The notes under the pieces: generated by a model
The model's input: the letters and a program-made list of their open reading frames with translations, nothing else
What the model was told of the DNA's origin: nothing
The model's database searches: none
Shown here: piece by piece, positions 17,438-26,115 of the stretch
How positions within the stretch are numbered: position 1 is the first letter of the stretch
Layout of the letters: the number at the start of each line of letters is the position of its first letter
Made by a program: the position numbers and the translations under genes
Source of the DNA: Bdellovibrionia bacterium
GTDB lineage: Bacteria; Bdellovibrionota; UBA1018
DNA length: 27,274 nt
Direction of reading: 5' to 3'
Assembly: GCA_045805065.1 (NCBI GenBank)
Contig: JBJMMA010000224.1
Span: 1-27,274, forward strand

Positions 17438-18400
17438 AGCCCACTTCCCGCCAAGTCCAATTCCGTAAGAAAGAACGTCATCGGTTGGGGCAATGCCATA
17501 CAAGGCCACGGAGGGTCCCAGATCCTTTGGCGCTAAAGCGCCCGAAAAGTAACAAGGCCCTGCCCAGTTCGAAGCGCTCACACGAGGCGATGAGCGAGAC
17601 ACCCAGATCTCACTTGCAAGTCTACGATTGGTGCTTTCAATACGCCGACGCCAACGCTCAGTGAGTCGACCTGTTTCCATCGCACGAATCAAATAAAGAT
17701 GCGCATCCAACCAAAGCTCGGGCGAGCCAATATCTTTCCAAGCGCCGCGCACGAGATGAAACCCTACGCGCTTCTCTCGGATCATCGGCTCAAGAATCGT
17801 CGGCACAAACTCAGAAGGCCCGGACATTGGAACATCTCGAAACGCTTCGTGCTCAAGAACGGCCGAACCAATGAAGAACGGTCTTCCGGTACGAAGATCA
17901 GGACTAAAGCCTGAAACCAGTCCGCTGTCGTGATCGAGATAAATCTCGCGATACTTTCCAGTGGTCGGAGGCTCAGGGAAAACAGCAAGCGTCAGTGCGA
18001 CGCTCCAACGCTTCTTAAGCTCCTCATGCTTTCGAGCAAGCGCGCCTAGATCGATGTCACAAAGAACGTCGGCATTGACCAAAAAGAACGGCTCACCATC
18101 AAAGTGAGGCAGCGCTTTTCTAAGCCCCCCTGCACTTCCAAGCAACTCACCGCTCTCGTCACTGATCACAAGCTGCATGTCGCCGCGCTCAAGACCTAAA
18201 AACCCTGAGTGCGCCTGATCAGCATGATGATGAATGTTCACAACGGTCTTTGTCACTCCAGCCTGCGCAATGGAGTCGAGCGCAAACTGCGCGACAGGAA
18301 TTCCCATCACCGGCATCAGTGCCTTGGGCACAAGGTCAGTGAACGGCCTGAGCCGCGTTCCAAGCCCTGCTGCCATGAGCATTGCGCGCGTGACTGACAT
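17393..18400 (-). CDS. murU: Nucleotidyltransferase, probable MurNAc-alpha-1-phosphate uridylyltransferase
   Basis: MLMAAGLGTRLRPFTDLVPKAL, ELLGSAGG, VNADV, WKDIGSPE; directly downstream of amgK, the known amgK-murU arrangement. Confidence 0.8.
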   Translation of the reverse strand: MSVTRAMLMAAGLGTRLRPFTDLVPKALMPVMGIPVAQFALDSIAQAGVTKTVVNIHHHADQAHSGFLGLERGDMQLVISDESGELLGSAGGLRKALPHFDGEPFFLVNADVLCDIDLGALARKHEELKKRWSVALTLAVFPEPPTTGKYREIYLDHDSGLVSGFSPDLRTGRPFFIGSAVLEHEAFRDVPMSGPSEFVPTILEPMIREKRVGFHLVRGAWKDIGSPELWLDAHLYLIRAMETGRLTERWRRRIESTNRRLASEIWVSRSSPRVSASNWAGPCYFSGALAPKDLGPSVALYGIAPTDDVLSYGIGLGGKWASIIRSASHIQNAGF

Positions 18401-18411
18401 TTGTTCTCAGA

Positions 18412-19518
18412 TCAGAAGTAGTAGTAATGGAACAGCACTTCGCGAAGCGCCGAGTATTTTGGATACTTCAGCAGCGTGCGACGGATGTTCTCAAACGTGT
18501 TTCCGATATATTTCAAATAAGTCGGATTTCCGCGGCGATTGAGGAACGAAGCAAAGCTTCCGATCGCCTTGAAGTTGCGCTGAAGCGCCATCATGTCAAA
18601 CGCGTAGATGAAATCCTTGCGATTGAGGCGCTGGCCAGAAAGTGCTTCCCAGCGAACAATGTAGTAATCCAGAAGGGTCGCGATCTGAGTTTCTTCAAGC
18701 TGGTAGTAGCTGTCACGCAAGAGCGAGGCGAGATCGTATTGAGCAGGACCCATGCGGGCATCCTGGAAATCAATCATGACCAGGCGCTCATCGCTGGATT
18801 TTCCGTTTGGCATGACCATCACGTTACGTGAATGGAAATCGCGATGCGTGAGAACCGTAGGCTGCGCAGCCAGGAAGTGACAAATCTCGCTGAAGCCATC
18901 GCGCATGATCTTCATGTCTTCATCACGGATCTGGCGACCCAGATGCTTTTGATAGAAGTGCTCAATCGTGAAGTTCACTTCCCACATGAGCTTTTCGTGA
19001 TCGAAGAAGAGCTTAAACGCCTGAAGATCCGGCGAGCCTTTCGCGGGCGAAGCCTTGAGCTGCAATTGGATCAGGTTATCGAGAACTTTTTGATAGAGGT
19101 GGCGCTCGACATCGACAGTGCAAACTTCCTGGAGTCTGCGAAGAAGCGTCACATCGCCCAAGTCTTCCTGAAGAACGAGACCCTTCTCAGCGTCGGCATC
19201 GAAAACCTTAGGAACGTCGACGCCTGATTTTTCAAGATGCTCGCGCACGACCAGGAAAGGATAGCTATCCTTCTGATCGGCAAAGGGCTCAACACGAGCC
19301 AGAATGAAACTTTCAACGGGTGAGCCCGGACGAGCCATCACGCGGTAATAACGTCGCGTGCTTGCATCACCAGGAATTTTGGTGATTGAACTGACCGCAA
19401 CAGACTTGCTGGCCCATTCCGAATAATCTTCATCGTGACCGGCTTGTCCGGTTTGGCTCTCAAACATTTGGCTAAATTCCTCCAGCATCTTACGGGTCTG
19501 CGGGCTTGCGGTTATCAC
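18412..19518 (-). CDS. amgK: Anomeric MurNAc/GlcNAc kinase (APH-family phosphotransferase)
   Basis: GDASTRRYYR, EDLGD, HRDFHSRN, IDFQDA, YDLASLLRD, QRNFKAIGSF. Confidence 0.88.
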   Translation of the reverse strand: MITASPQTRKMLEEFSQMFESQTGQAGHDEDYSEWASKSVAVSSITKIPGDASTRRYYRVMARPGSPVESFILARVEPFADQKDSYPFLVVREHLEKSGVDVPKVFDADAEKGLVLQEDLGDVTLLRRLQEVCTVDVERHLYQKVLDNLIQLQLKASPAKGSPDLQAFKLFFDHEKLMWEVNFTIEHFYQKHLGRQIRDEDMKIMRDGFSEICHFLAAQPTVLTHRDFHSRNVMVMPNGKSSDERLVMIDFQDARMGPAQYDLASLLRDSYYQLEETQIATLLDYYIVRWEALSGQRLNRKDFIYAFDMMALQRNFKAIGSFASFLNRRGNPTYLKYIGNTFENIRRTLLKYPKYSALREVLFHYYYF

Positions 19519-19524
19519 CCTAAT

Positions 19525-19552
19525 AGGATTGCTGAACTGCCAATATTGTCAA
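19525..19552 (-). promoter_or_regulatory. Sigma70-like promoter of amgK-murU
   Basis: Minus strand TTGACA-N16-AATCCT, 6 nt before GTG 19518. Confidence 0.45.
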
Positions 19553-19557
19553 CGATT

Positions 19558-20373
19558 TTAGAGCTTTTGGATCTTTCCGCGAATCAACTCAAAGTCGTCC
19601 GTTTGTACGATCGGATTCCGAAGTGGCGTCAAAAGTGCGACGCTCTTTCGAGCTTGCTCAATGATCCGTGAAAGCTCCGTCTCATCCCAAGGTGAGTGCG
19701 CCGGATTATCGTTGAGTCGTTGAAGAAAGGTCACCAGCCCGCGCGGGTCGTACCCAGCGTCGTAAAGAAGATTGACCGCGGAGGCGATTGCCTCGTCATT
19801 GTCCTTGGCGCTGAAAGCAAACATCCCGTCTTTGCTGAAGAAGTCGATATCCTCAGGGGCCTCAAGTGTCTTGAGCGGCAGGACATTGGGCAGGGCGGCA
19901 GCATCGCGGATTTGAAGGCCCGCAGGATTCTTCCTGAGAAAGTTCTGAACTTGCTCGTTCAAGACATGCCCAAGCTCGATGGAGATCATCGCAGCCACTT
20001 CACTCTCAAACTCAAGAGTCTTGAGCCTTGACGAAGACAGGTACACCCGGCCCCCCGGCAATGCGTAAGAGCGGTAGCGGCGATCGGTATCCTTCAACAG
20101 GAAAACCTTTACCTCAGGCAGGTGAAGCTCCGGGTTTTTATCTGCGATTCTTTGGGCGACCTTGCTCAGATAGGCCTGAACCTGCGCGTCTTTTTTGAAG
20201 GTAAGCTGAGGCGTCATCTGCTCTGCGAGCTCGGAACCAATGGCGCGATCAAACTCAATTCGCTCGTTGACGGTTGGCTTACGGGGAGGGGGCGCACTGG
20301 CGCAGGATGATAAAAGCTGAATTAAAGCCAAAGCTGAAAGCGCAGCCAGTCGATTTCGTTTCCCGAAGAGCAT
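19558..20373 (-). CDS. M48 (BepA/LoiP-like) lipoprotein, predicted catalytically inactive
   Basis: Lipobox LSSC; YALPGGRVY, ESEVAAMISIELGHV (HExxH replaced by IExxH), AGYDPRGLVTF. Start moved to ATG 20373. Confidence 0.8.
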   Translation of the reverse strand: MLFGKRNRLAALSALALIQLLSSCASAPPPRKPTVNERIEFDRAIGSELAEQMTPQLTFKKDAQVQAYLSKVAQRIADKNPELHLPEVKVFLLKDTDRRYRSYALPGGRVYLSSSRLKTLEFESEVAAMISIELGHVLNEQVQNFLRKNPAGLQIRDAAALPNVLPLKTLEAPEDIDFFSKDGMFAFSAKDNDEAIASAVNLLYDAGYDPRGLVTFLQRLNDNPAHSPWDETELSRIIEQARKSVALLTPLRNPIVQTDDFELIRGKIQKL

Positions 20374-20380
20374 GAATTTC

Positions 20381-20409
20381 AATCTAGAGAAAAATAACGA
20401 AGGCAGCAA
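20381..20409 (-). promoter_or_regulatory. Sigma70-like promoter placing +1 at or near the ATG (leaderless)
   Basis: Minus strand TTGCTG-N17-TAGATT-N7-ATG with no SD in between. Confidence 0.5.
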
Positions 20410-20498
20410 CCTTTGAGCGAGGCGGCCCTGCCGCTACGTCTACAAAGATTGCTGCCCCGTTGTTTTATTCGATCTATCCTGTCAGTACTTTGGCTGAC

Positions 20499-21458
20499 TT
20501 AGTTCGCCTGAGCTGGCACTTGTGAGGCTGGCTCACGAGGAGCTTCAGGGGAGCTGCCCATGTCTTGGGCGACTGGTGCCACTGGATTTTCCTCTTCATG
20601 CTGCTCGATGTCCTCAGGATTCTTTCCACCGGTGTAGTAGAGGTAGAAGCCTGCGAAGATGCGGTTAGGATTAGGGATCCAAGGCTTGTTATGTTGCCAG
20701 ATCTTCTTCCACTTGGATGGCGTGCCGTACACGTTGTTGGAGATACGAGCCAGGGTATCGCCTTGCTTGATCATGTACTTCTTGCCAGTGCGGACTGGAA
20801 GTTCGTTATTGACGTTATCGAGGGTCAGGACGGTGCCTGCCACGATCACGTTTGGATCCTTGATCTTGTCTTTGTTCGCTTCGTAAATTTGCTTCCACTT
20901 ATAGAGATCGCCGTATTTCTCGAAAGCGATTCTCATCAAAGTGTCGCCGCGGCGAACATGATAGGTTTCCGATCCACCGCTGCTGCCATTGCTTGACGAC
21001 GAGGAAGAAGCCAATGAAGTGCTTTCCGTCGTGCTTGGCGAAGTCGATGCCGTCTCCGTGATTGGAGCAGGAGCGACTGCCTCAGGCTGCGTTTGAGCAA
21101 CAGGAGCCGGTGCAGGCTCCGATGGCGGCGGCGTGAGAGAGCTTGAATCTGATGTCACCGGAGGCTGAGATTGTGGGTCAGCCGATGCCACTTGATCTTG
21201 TGGCTGCGGTGGTTGTTGCTGATCAGCTGGCAGGGCCTGCTGATCAGGATTGGATGCTTGCGTTTGGTCTTGCTGTGATCCATCGGCAGGAGCCGTGTTC
21301 TCAGCATGTTCACTTGGAACTGCATCCGTTCCTGCATCGGCTGGGATGTCTTCGCCAAACTCGGAATCACCGGTTTGCGACGAAGAGCAGCTCGAAAGGC
21401 TCAGCGCGAGAGCAAGAAAAAGGACACAGCTGGATAGAATCGAATAATTTTTTTTCAT
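20499..21458 (-). CDS. Lipoprotein with long Q/P/S-rich linker and two LysM domains
   Basis: Lipobox LSSC; YHVRRGDTLMRIAFEKYG...WKQIYEAN...PNVIVAG and YMIKQGDTLARISNNVYG...WKKIWQHN...PNRIFAG; GGAGG SD. Confidence 0.92.
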   Translation of the reverse strand: MKKNYSILSSCVLFLALALSLSSCSSSQTGDSEFGEDIPADAGTDAVPSEHAENTAPADGSQQDQTQASNPDQQALPADQQQPPQPQDQVASADPQSQPPVTSDSSSLTPPPSEPAPAPVAQTQPEAVAPAPITETASTSPSTTESTSLASSSSSSNGSSGGSETYHVRRGDTLMRIAFEKYGDLYKWKQIYEANKDKIKDPNVIVAGTVLTLDNVNNELPVRTGKKYMIKQGDTLARISNNVYGTPSKWKKIWQHNKPWIPNPNRIFAGFYLYYTGGKNPEDIEQHEEENPVAPVAQDMGSSPEAPREPASQVPAQAN

Positions 21459-21503
21459 TTTTGCCTCCGGCGGAACCCAGCAATTGGTCCCAATCCACTA
21501 ACC

Positions 21504-21530
21504 GTGTCGGAACGGAGGCAGAAAACTTGA
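21504..21530 (-). promoter_or_regulatory. Sigma28 (FliA)-like promoter of the LysM gene
   Basis: Minus strand TCAA-N15-TCCGACAC. Confidence 0.55.
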
Positions 21531-21571
21531 ATATTTTATTCGCTTCTAACGAAGACTATCTCAGGCGCAGA

Positions 21572-22264
21572 TTAAGCGCGAGCAGGCCAAAGCGGGCTTC
21601 CAGCCGTCTGAGTTTTGACGCGAGATTCCAAAAACAAGTCGCGCTGATCGAGCTGCGCCAAAATCGATTGAGCAATTCCATCGAAATCCGCAGGGTTAGC
21701 TACGAAGTCCAGATGATCGCTTTCAATAATGAGCTTTTTGCCAAGATCATACTGCGCCATCCACTCATCATAGTAACGACTGAGGTTGGACAAGTACTCT
21801 TCTGGAATGTTCTTTTCGTAATCGCGTCCGCGCTTAGCAATTTGCTCCTTGAGGCGCGGCAGGGATTTTCTCAAATAGATAATGAGATCAGGCGGATTCA
21901 AAAATTGACACATGGAGCCGTAGAGCTCGAGATAGTTTTTATAATCGCGCTCTTCCATATGACCCGTCTCATAAAGATTGCGGGCGAAGATGTTGGCGTC
22001 TTCATAAATGCTGCGATCTTGGATCGCGCTATGCGTGCCTTGGCTAATTTTTTGGTGCGCGCGGAAACGATTGTTAAGAAAGAAGATCTGCAGCGGGAAT
22101 GACCAGCGACTCATATCGGCATAAAAGTCAGCCAAATATGGATTATCAGAAACAGATTCGAAATGAGCGTTCCAATTAAAGCGTTTGGAAAGCATCTGCG
22201 CCAGAGTGGTTTTTCCGGTGCCGATATTGCCTGCAACTGCGATGAAAATTTTTTCCCCTGCCAT
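21572..22264 (-). CDS. Deoxynucleoside kinase (dCK/dGK family)
   Basis: AGNIGTGKTT P-loop, ESVSDNPYLADFY, QIFFL, QDRSIYED, PDLIIYL, IAKRGRDYE. Start moved to ATG 22264. Confidence 0.93.
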   Translation of the reverse strand: MAGEKIFIAVAGNIGTGKTTLAQMLSKRFNWNAHFESVSDNPYLADFYADMSRWSFPLQIFFLNNRFRAHQKISQGTHSAIQDRSIYEDANIFARNLYETGHMEERDYKNYLELYGSMCQFLNPPDLIIYLRKSLPRLKEQIAKRGRDYEKNIPEEYLSNLSRYYDEWMAQYDLGKKLIIESDHLDFVANPADFDGIAQSILAQLDQRDLFLESRVKTQTAGSPLWPARA

Positions 22265-22487
22265 ACTAATACCCCCCCAAAACAGGCCCCCTACTGGCCC
22301 CCAAAAAAACAGGCTCACTTTTCGTGTGCGCGTTAGTTCGTCATAGGTCTGAGCGATCAGGTTAGTCAAGCCGGGAAATTCAAGTGACACTGCCGACGAC
22401 ATGCATCACAATTGAATTTTCCCCAAATTGAATGGACGTTTCCGCACAAATCTGCAATGTTTTCAGCGACTCGAAAGGAAATTTTGT

Positions 22488-23621
22488 ATGTCCCAAATTC
22501 CAGAAACCGCCAATAAAGGCCTCGAAGGCATTATCGCTTGCACGAGTGAAGTCAGCACCATTCACGACACCACTCTGCTCTATCGTGGCTACACGATCGA
22601 AGAACTCGCCGCACACTGCGGCTTCGAAGAAGTCGTTTATCTTCTCTGGAACGGCAAGCTCCCGAACCGTTCGGAGCTCGATACGTTTAAACAGACTTTG
22701 ATTAAGAATCTGACGATTCCAAGCGCAGTGTTGCCAATCATTGAGTCCGTCGCAAAGACGAACGCGCACTCGATGGCAAAGCTTCGCACCGTCGTTTCTT
22801 ACTATGCCTTGCTTGATTCGAAGGCAGAAGACATCAGCATCAATGCTGTTCGCGAAAAAGCAACTCAGCTCACGGGCGCTCTTGGTCCAATCGTTGCGGC
22901 AATTTCCCGCGTCGAACAAGGCCAAAAGCCAGTTGAAGCAAATCCAAGCAAGTCTGTTGCCTGGAACTTCCTCAACATGATCCGCGGCAAGGAGCCAACT
23001 GCTGAAGAAGAAAAACTCTTCGACACGGCGCTGGTTCTTCACGCTGACCACGAGCTCAACGCTTCGACGTTCGCATGCCGCGCGATTGCTTCGACGAACT
23101 CTGATTATTACAGCTCGATCGTCGCAGGCATTGCTTCTCTCAAAGGCCCGCTTCACGGCGGCGCCAATGAGCAAGTCATGCTCATGCTCAAGGACATCGG
23201 CGGATACGACAAGGTTGACGCTTTCATCGACGACGCAGTCAATGCGAAGAAAAAAGTCATGGGCATCGGTCACCGCGTTTACAAGAACGGCGACCCACGC
23301 GCTCGCATCTTGAAAGAGATGTCGGTTCAGATCTGCAAAAAAGCAGGCCTCGAAGACTATCACCGCATGCTTGTCCGCATTCAGGAACAAATGGAAGAGA
23401 AGAAGGGACTTATGCCAAACGTCGACTTCTTCAGCGGTCTTGTTTACACCGCTCTCGGCCTCCGTCCTCGTGACTTCACGCCGATCTTCGCTGTCAGCCG
23501 CATCACTGGCTGGACCGCGCAAGTTCTTGAGCAATACGCAAACAACCGCATTTATCGCCCGCGCGCGTTCTACACCGGTCCTACCGACCGCAAGTGGGAA
23601 CCCATCGAAAAGCGCAGCTAA
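22488..23621 (+). CDS. gltA: Citrate synthase (short type I / CitZ-PrpC-like, 377 aa)
   Basis: GLEGIIA, LYRGY, LHADHELNASTF, GPLHGGANE, MGIGHRVY, PNVDFFSG. ATG 22488 with GAAAGGA SD. 2-methylcitrate synthase is not excluded. Confidence 0.88.
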   Translation: MSQIPETANKGLEGIIACTSEVSTIHDTTLLYRGYTIEELAAHCGFEEVVYLLWNGKLPNRSELDTFKQTLIKNLTIPSAVLPIIESVAKTNAHSMAKLRTVVSYYALLDSKAEDISINAVREKATQLTGALGPIVAAISRVEQGQKPVEANPSKSVAWNFLNMIRGKEPTAEEEKLFDTALVLHADHELNASTFACRAIASTNSDYYSSIVAGIASLKGPLHGGANEQVMLMLKDIGGYDKVDAFIDDAVNAKKKVMGIGHRVYKNGDPRARILKEMSVQICKKAGLEDYHRMLVRIQEQMEEKKGLMPNVDFFSGLVYTALGLRPRDFTPIFAVSRITGWTAQVLEQYANNRIYRPRAFYTGPTDRKWEPIEKRS

Positions 23622-23647
23622 GCACTTCTGGCGATTGCCACAAAATC

Positions 23648-23700
23648 AAACCCCGGCTGCTTTCGAAGTACGATCATGAAAGCAGACCGGGGTTTTTTTT
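23648..23700. terminator. Rho-independent terminator between convergent gltA and the TPR gene
   Basis: AAACCCCGG-CTGCTTTC...GAAAGCAG-a-CCGGGG followed by T8. Confidence 0.85.
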
Positions 23701-24826
23701 ATTTGCTCAGAGTAGAGCCGTCGATCCGGCTGTCAGCTTCTTCCATGAGCTTTTCGATATCGCGCTTCAGATCTGCTTCCGGGCGTCGAAGCTCAAGAGC
23801 AAGATCGCCCATAGGATCGATTGCTTGCGGTGGGCTGACGCTTGATGCAGCCACTGTTGAGCCATCCGTAGGATGAGGCAAGTAGAGCGGAATTCGGCTC
23901 AAAGCCAATTGCAGATCCTTGCGTGCCTGCCAGGCAATCGCGCTATCAGTAACAGAGGCGCTCATCAGTCGATACCTGCTCATCGTGACGAGGCCTGCGA
24001 CGTGATTGGGATGTCGTTTGAGATCATCCTCAAGAACTTGAACCGCGGCCTGTTTTTGACCTGAACTGTACAAAGCATCCGCATACCAGACTGCAGCGGC
24101 CTCGGACGAGGAGAGCTCTTGATAGGCGGACTTGAGCTCCAGCAGGGCCTCGCGCATTTCACCTCTTTCGTGAAGCGCATGACCGAGCCAAAGATGGATT
24201 TCAGGCTCATACGGATTGAGCCTTCTTGCCATCCGGAGCCTTTCAGCCGCGCTGTCGACATCTCCATCCAGAACCAGGCACTGCCCTAGACGCGTCAGCG
24301 TCTCAACGTTTGCCGGATCCACTTCGAGCGCTTTCTCAAATTTCTCGCGGGCTGCCCGGTACTTTCCGCTCAACACGAGATTGACGCCATCTTGATGGAC
24401 CTGAAAAGTGGTGTTCGTCAGAAAGAGGCGCGATAAGACACGAGCGCGCTGAACTAGCGCGTAACGCGCCACTAGCGCCTGACGACCCAACAGCTCTTTT
24501 TGACCTGCGCCCCTCTTGCGATTGATCATCTGACTGAGAACAGCCAGAGCTTCCTCGCGTCTTCCCGAGTAAGCAAGCGCCCGAGCCAAGTCCGTCTCAA
24601 TCGTCGTCGAGCGCGGATTTTTCTTCAGCGCTGAACGAAGAAGCACCACGGCCTCAACCCATTTACGATCATGCATAAGTTGCTTGCCCTCGGCATACTC
24701 GTCCAAGGGAAGGCCATTGGGACTCGGAAGCTGTGGAATCGGGGCTGGCTCGGAATTTTCTGCCCACCCCAAAGAACAAAATGGAATGGAAATCAGCAAA
24801 AACGCGCTGAAGATGATCGATTTCAT
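23699..24826 (-). CDS. Secreted tetratricopeptide-repeat protein
   Basis: Signal peptide MKSIIFSAFLLISIPFCSLGWA (start moved to 24826); repeated TPR patterns such as AREKFEKALEVDPANVETLTRLG and ARRLNPYEPEIHLWLG. Confidence 0.88.
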   Translation of the reverse strand: MKSIIFSAFLLISIPFCSLGWAENSEPAPIPQLPSPNGLPLDEYAEGKQLMHDRKWVEAVVLLRSALKKNPRSTTIETDLARALAYSGRREEALAVLSQMINRKRGAGQKELLGRQALVARYALVQRARVLSRLFLTNTTFQVHQDGVNLVLSGKYRAAREKFEKALEVDPANVETLTRLGQCLVLDGDVDSAAERLRMARRLNPYEPEIHLWLGHALHERGEMREALLELKSAYQELSSSEAAAVWYADALYSSGQKQAAVQVLEDDLKRHPNHVAGLVTMSRYRLMSASVTDSAIAWQARKDLQLALSRIPLYLPHPTDGSTVAASSVSPPQAIDPMGDLALELRRPEADLKRDIEKLMEEADSRIDGSTLSK

Positions 24827-24879
24827 GAGAGGTTTCTCGACACGCATAGCCGACCGCGATAGAATTTTTTCATCAGTAT

Positions 24880-26112
24880 ATGTGGAAAACAAACCCTCGA
24901 CAGCCATGCGAGAATACCTCCTGCGAGAAGAGCATTAAACAAAATGCCTGCCTCTCTGTCAAACGCGCCCTGTCGTGGGCCGTTTTGCTTGCTCTGGGAC
25001 TGGGTGTACTCGATCACGGCGCTTTTGCCGAGGATGAACCCCCAGCTCCTGCTTCTGAAGAGTCCCAAGGACCGCTCCCAGACATTGAAGCAACAACTCG
25101 GCTTCTGAAAATCCTCAAATCAAGCACCTCTCGCCGGGTTTATCTGATTGATGTTTCAAACGGGCCTGCGCCGCAGGCTCAATCCGATTCGCAAACTTCA
25201 ACGCCTGCCCCTGCAGCTGCACCTGAAAGTGGCGAAAAGCCCCCTGTTCGAAAGCTCCTTTTGGTCCGCGACGGCGAAGAGAATATCCTGGCGCTGCGTG
25301 TTCTCCGAGACATCACAGGAACAAGCCAGGTCATTGCTAAAAAGATCAAACAATACGGAAACCACGAAGCACTGGACGTCGGCCAGGAATACTATGCTCT
25401 CGAAAAGCTCTCCGATGTCGTGCCTCCCCCACCGACTCCTCAAGACAAGGCCGACATGGCGGAAGTTGAACCCGCTCCTCTCGCCTTTGATCCTGATCTC
25501 GATACTGGCTCATCCCCGATGCCTGACAATTTAGATGACGATTCAGGAAACAAGGTGGATCGCCTGGGTGCATCCATCGAAGAGAAATCCGTCCCTTTTG
25601 AGCGGCATCGTCACTGGATTTCGGCTGCTGTGGGACTGATCAGAAACATACCTGATGCCGATCAGATGAACGGCAGATACTATTCCGCGGGCGGCATTCG
25701 CTACGGATATGACGTCGGGCGCCGTATCTTTGTGACTCGCGATGATCGTCTGGATACGTTTACGCTTGAGGGAAGCCTGTTCTATTACTCGATCAGCGGA
25801 ATGGACTCGGGCGCATCCGATAGTACGGCGACGACCGCCGCGGGAACGGACACATACACCATCACGCCACTCGCTGCGACGGGTCGATATACCTATTACT
25901 ATAACGAGGACTTTGGCATCTTCGCGTACGGCGGACTCATGAAAAACATCGTCTTGAGCTCACAGAACTCAAGCGAAGAGCGCGTCGTTAACCTGGGCCG
26001 AGTGATTCCAGCCATTGGAGCAGGAGCCCTGCTCCGTGTTGGACCCCAATGGTACACGCGAATTGATGTGGGTCTTGATATGATCGCAGCCAATCTCATG
26101 ATAAGGTTCTAA
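24880..26112 (+). CDS. Putative outer-membrane protein with N-terminal soluble domain and C-terminal beta-barrel
   Basis: Signal-like segment ending AFA-E; last ~170 aa show alternating amphipathic strands rich in G/Y; terminal Phe (NLMIRF) fits a BAM beta-signal. Start uncertain. Confidence 0.7.
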   Translation: MWKTNPRQPCENTSCEKSIKQNACLSVKRALSWAVLLALGLGVLDHGAFAEDEPPAPASEESQGPLPDIEATTRLLKILKSSTSRRVYLIDVSNGPAPQAQSDSQTSTPAPAAAPESGEKPPVRKLLLVRDGEENILALRVLRDITGTSQVIAKKIKQYGNHEALDVGQEYYALEKLSDVVPPPPTPQDKADMAEVEPAPLAFDPDLDTGSSPMPDNLDDDSGNKVDRLGASIEEKSVPFERHRHWISAAVGLIRNIPDADQMNGRYYSAGGIRYGYDVGRRIFVTRDDRLDTFTLEGSLFYYSISGMDSGASDSTATTAAGTDTYTITPLAATGRYTYYYNEDFGIFAYGGLMKNIVLSSQNSSEERVVNLGRVIPAIGAGALLRVGPQWYTRIDVGLDMIAANLMIRF

Positions 26113-26115
26113 TCC

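Noticed and set aside
21448..21455. A8 tract at the start of the LysM gene as a phase-variation site
   Set aside because: Explained by MKKN signal-peptide codons; short and common.
21143..22102. 319-aa plus-strand ORF
   Set aside because: Antisense to two well-supported genes (LysM lipoprotein and deoxynucleoside kinase); no recognisable domain.
22380..23534. 384-aa antisense ORF over citrate synthase
   Set aside because: Shadow frame of a strongly codon-biased gene; no motifs.
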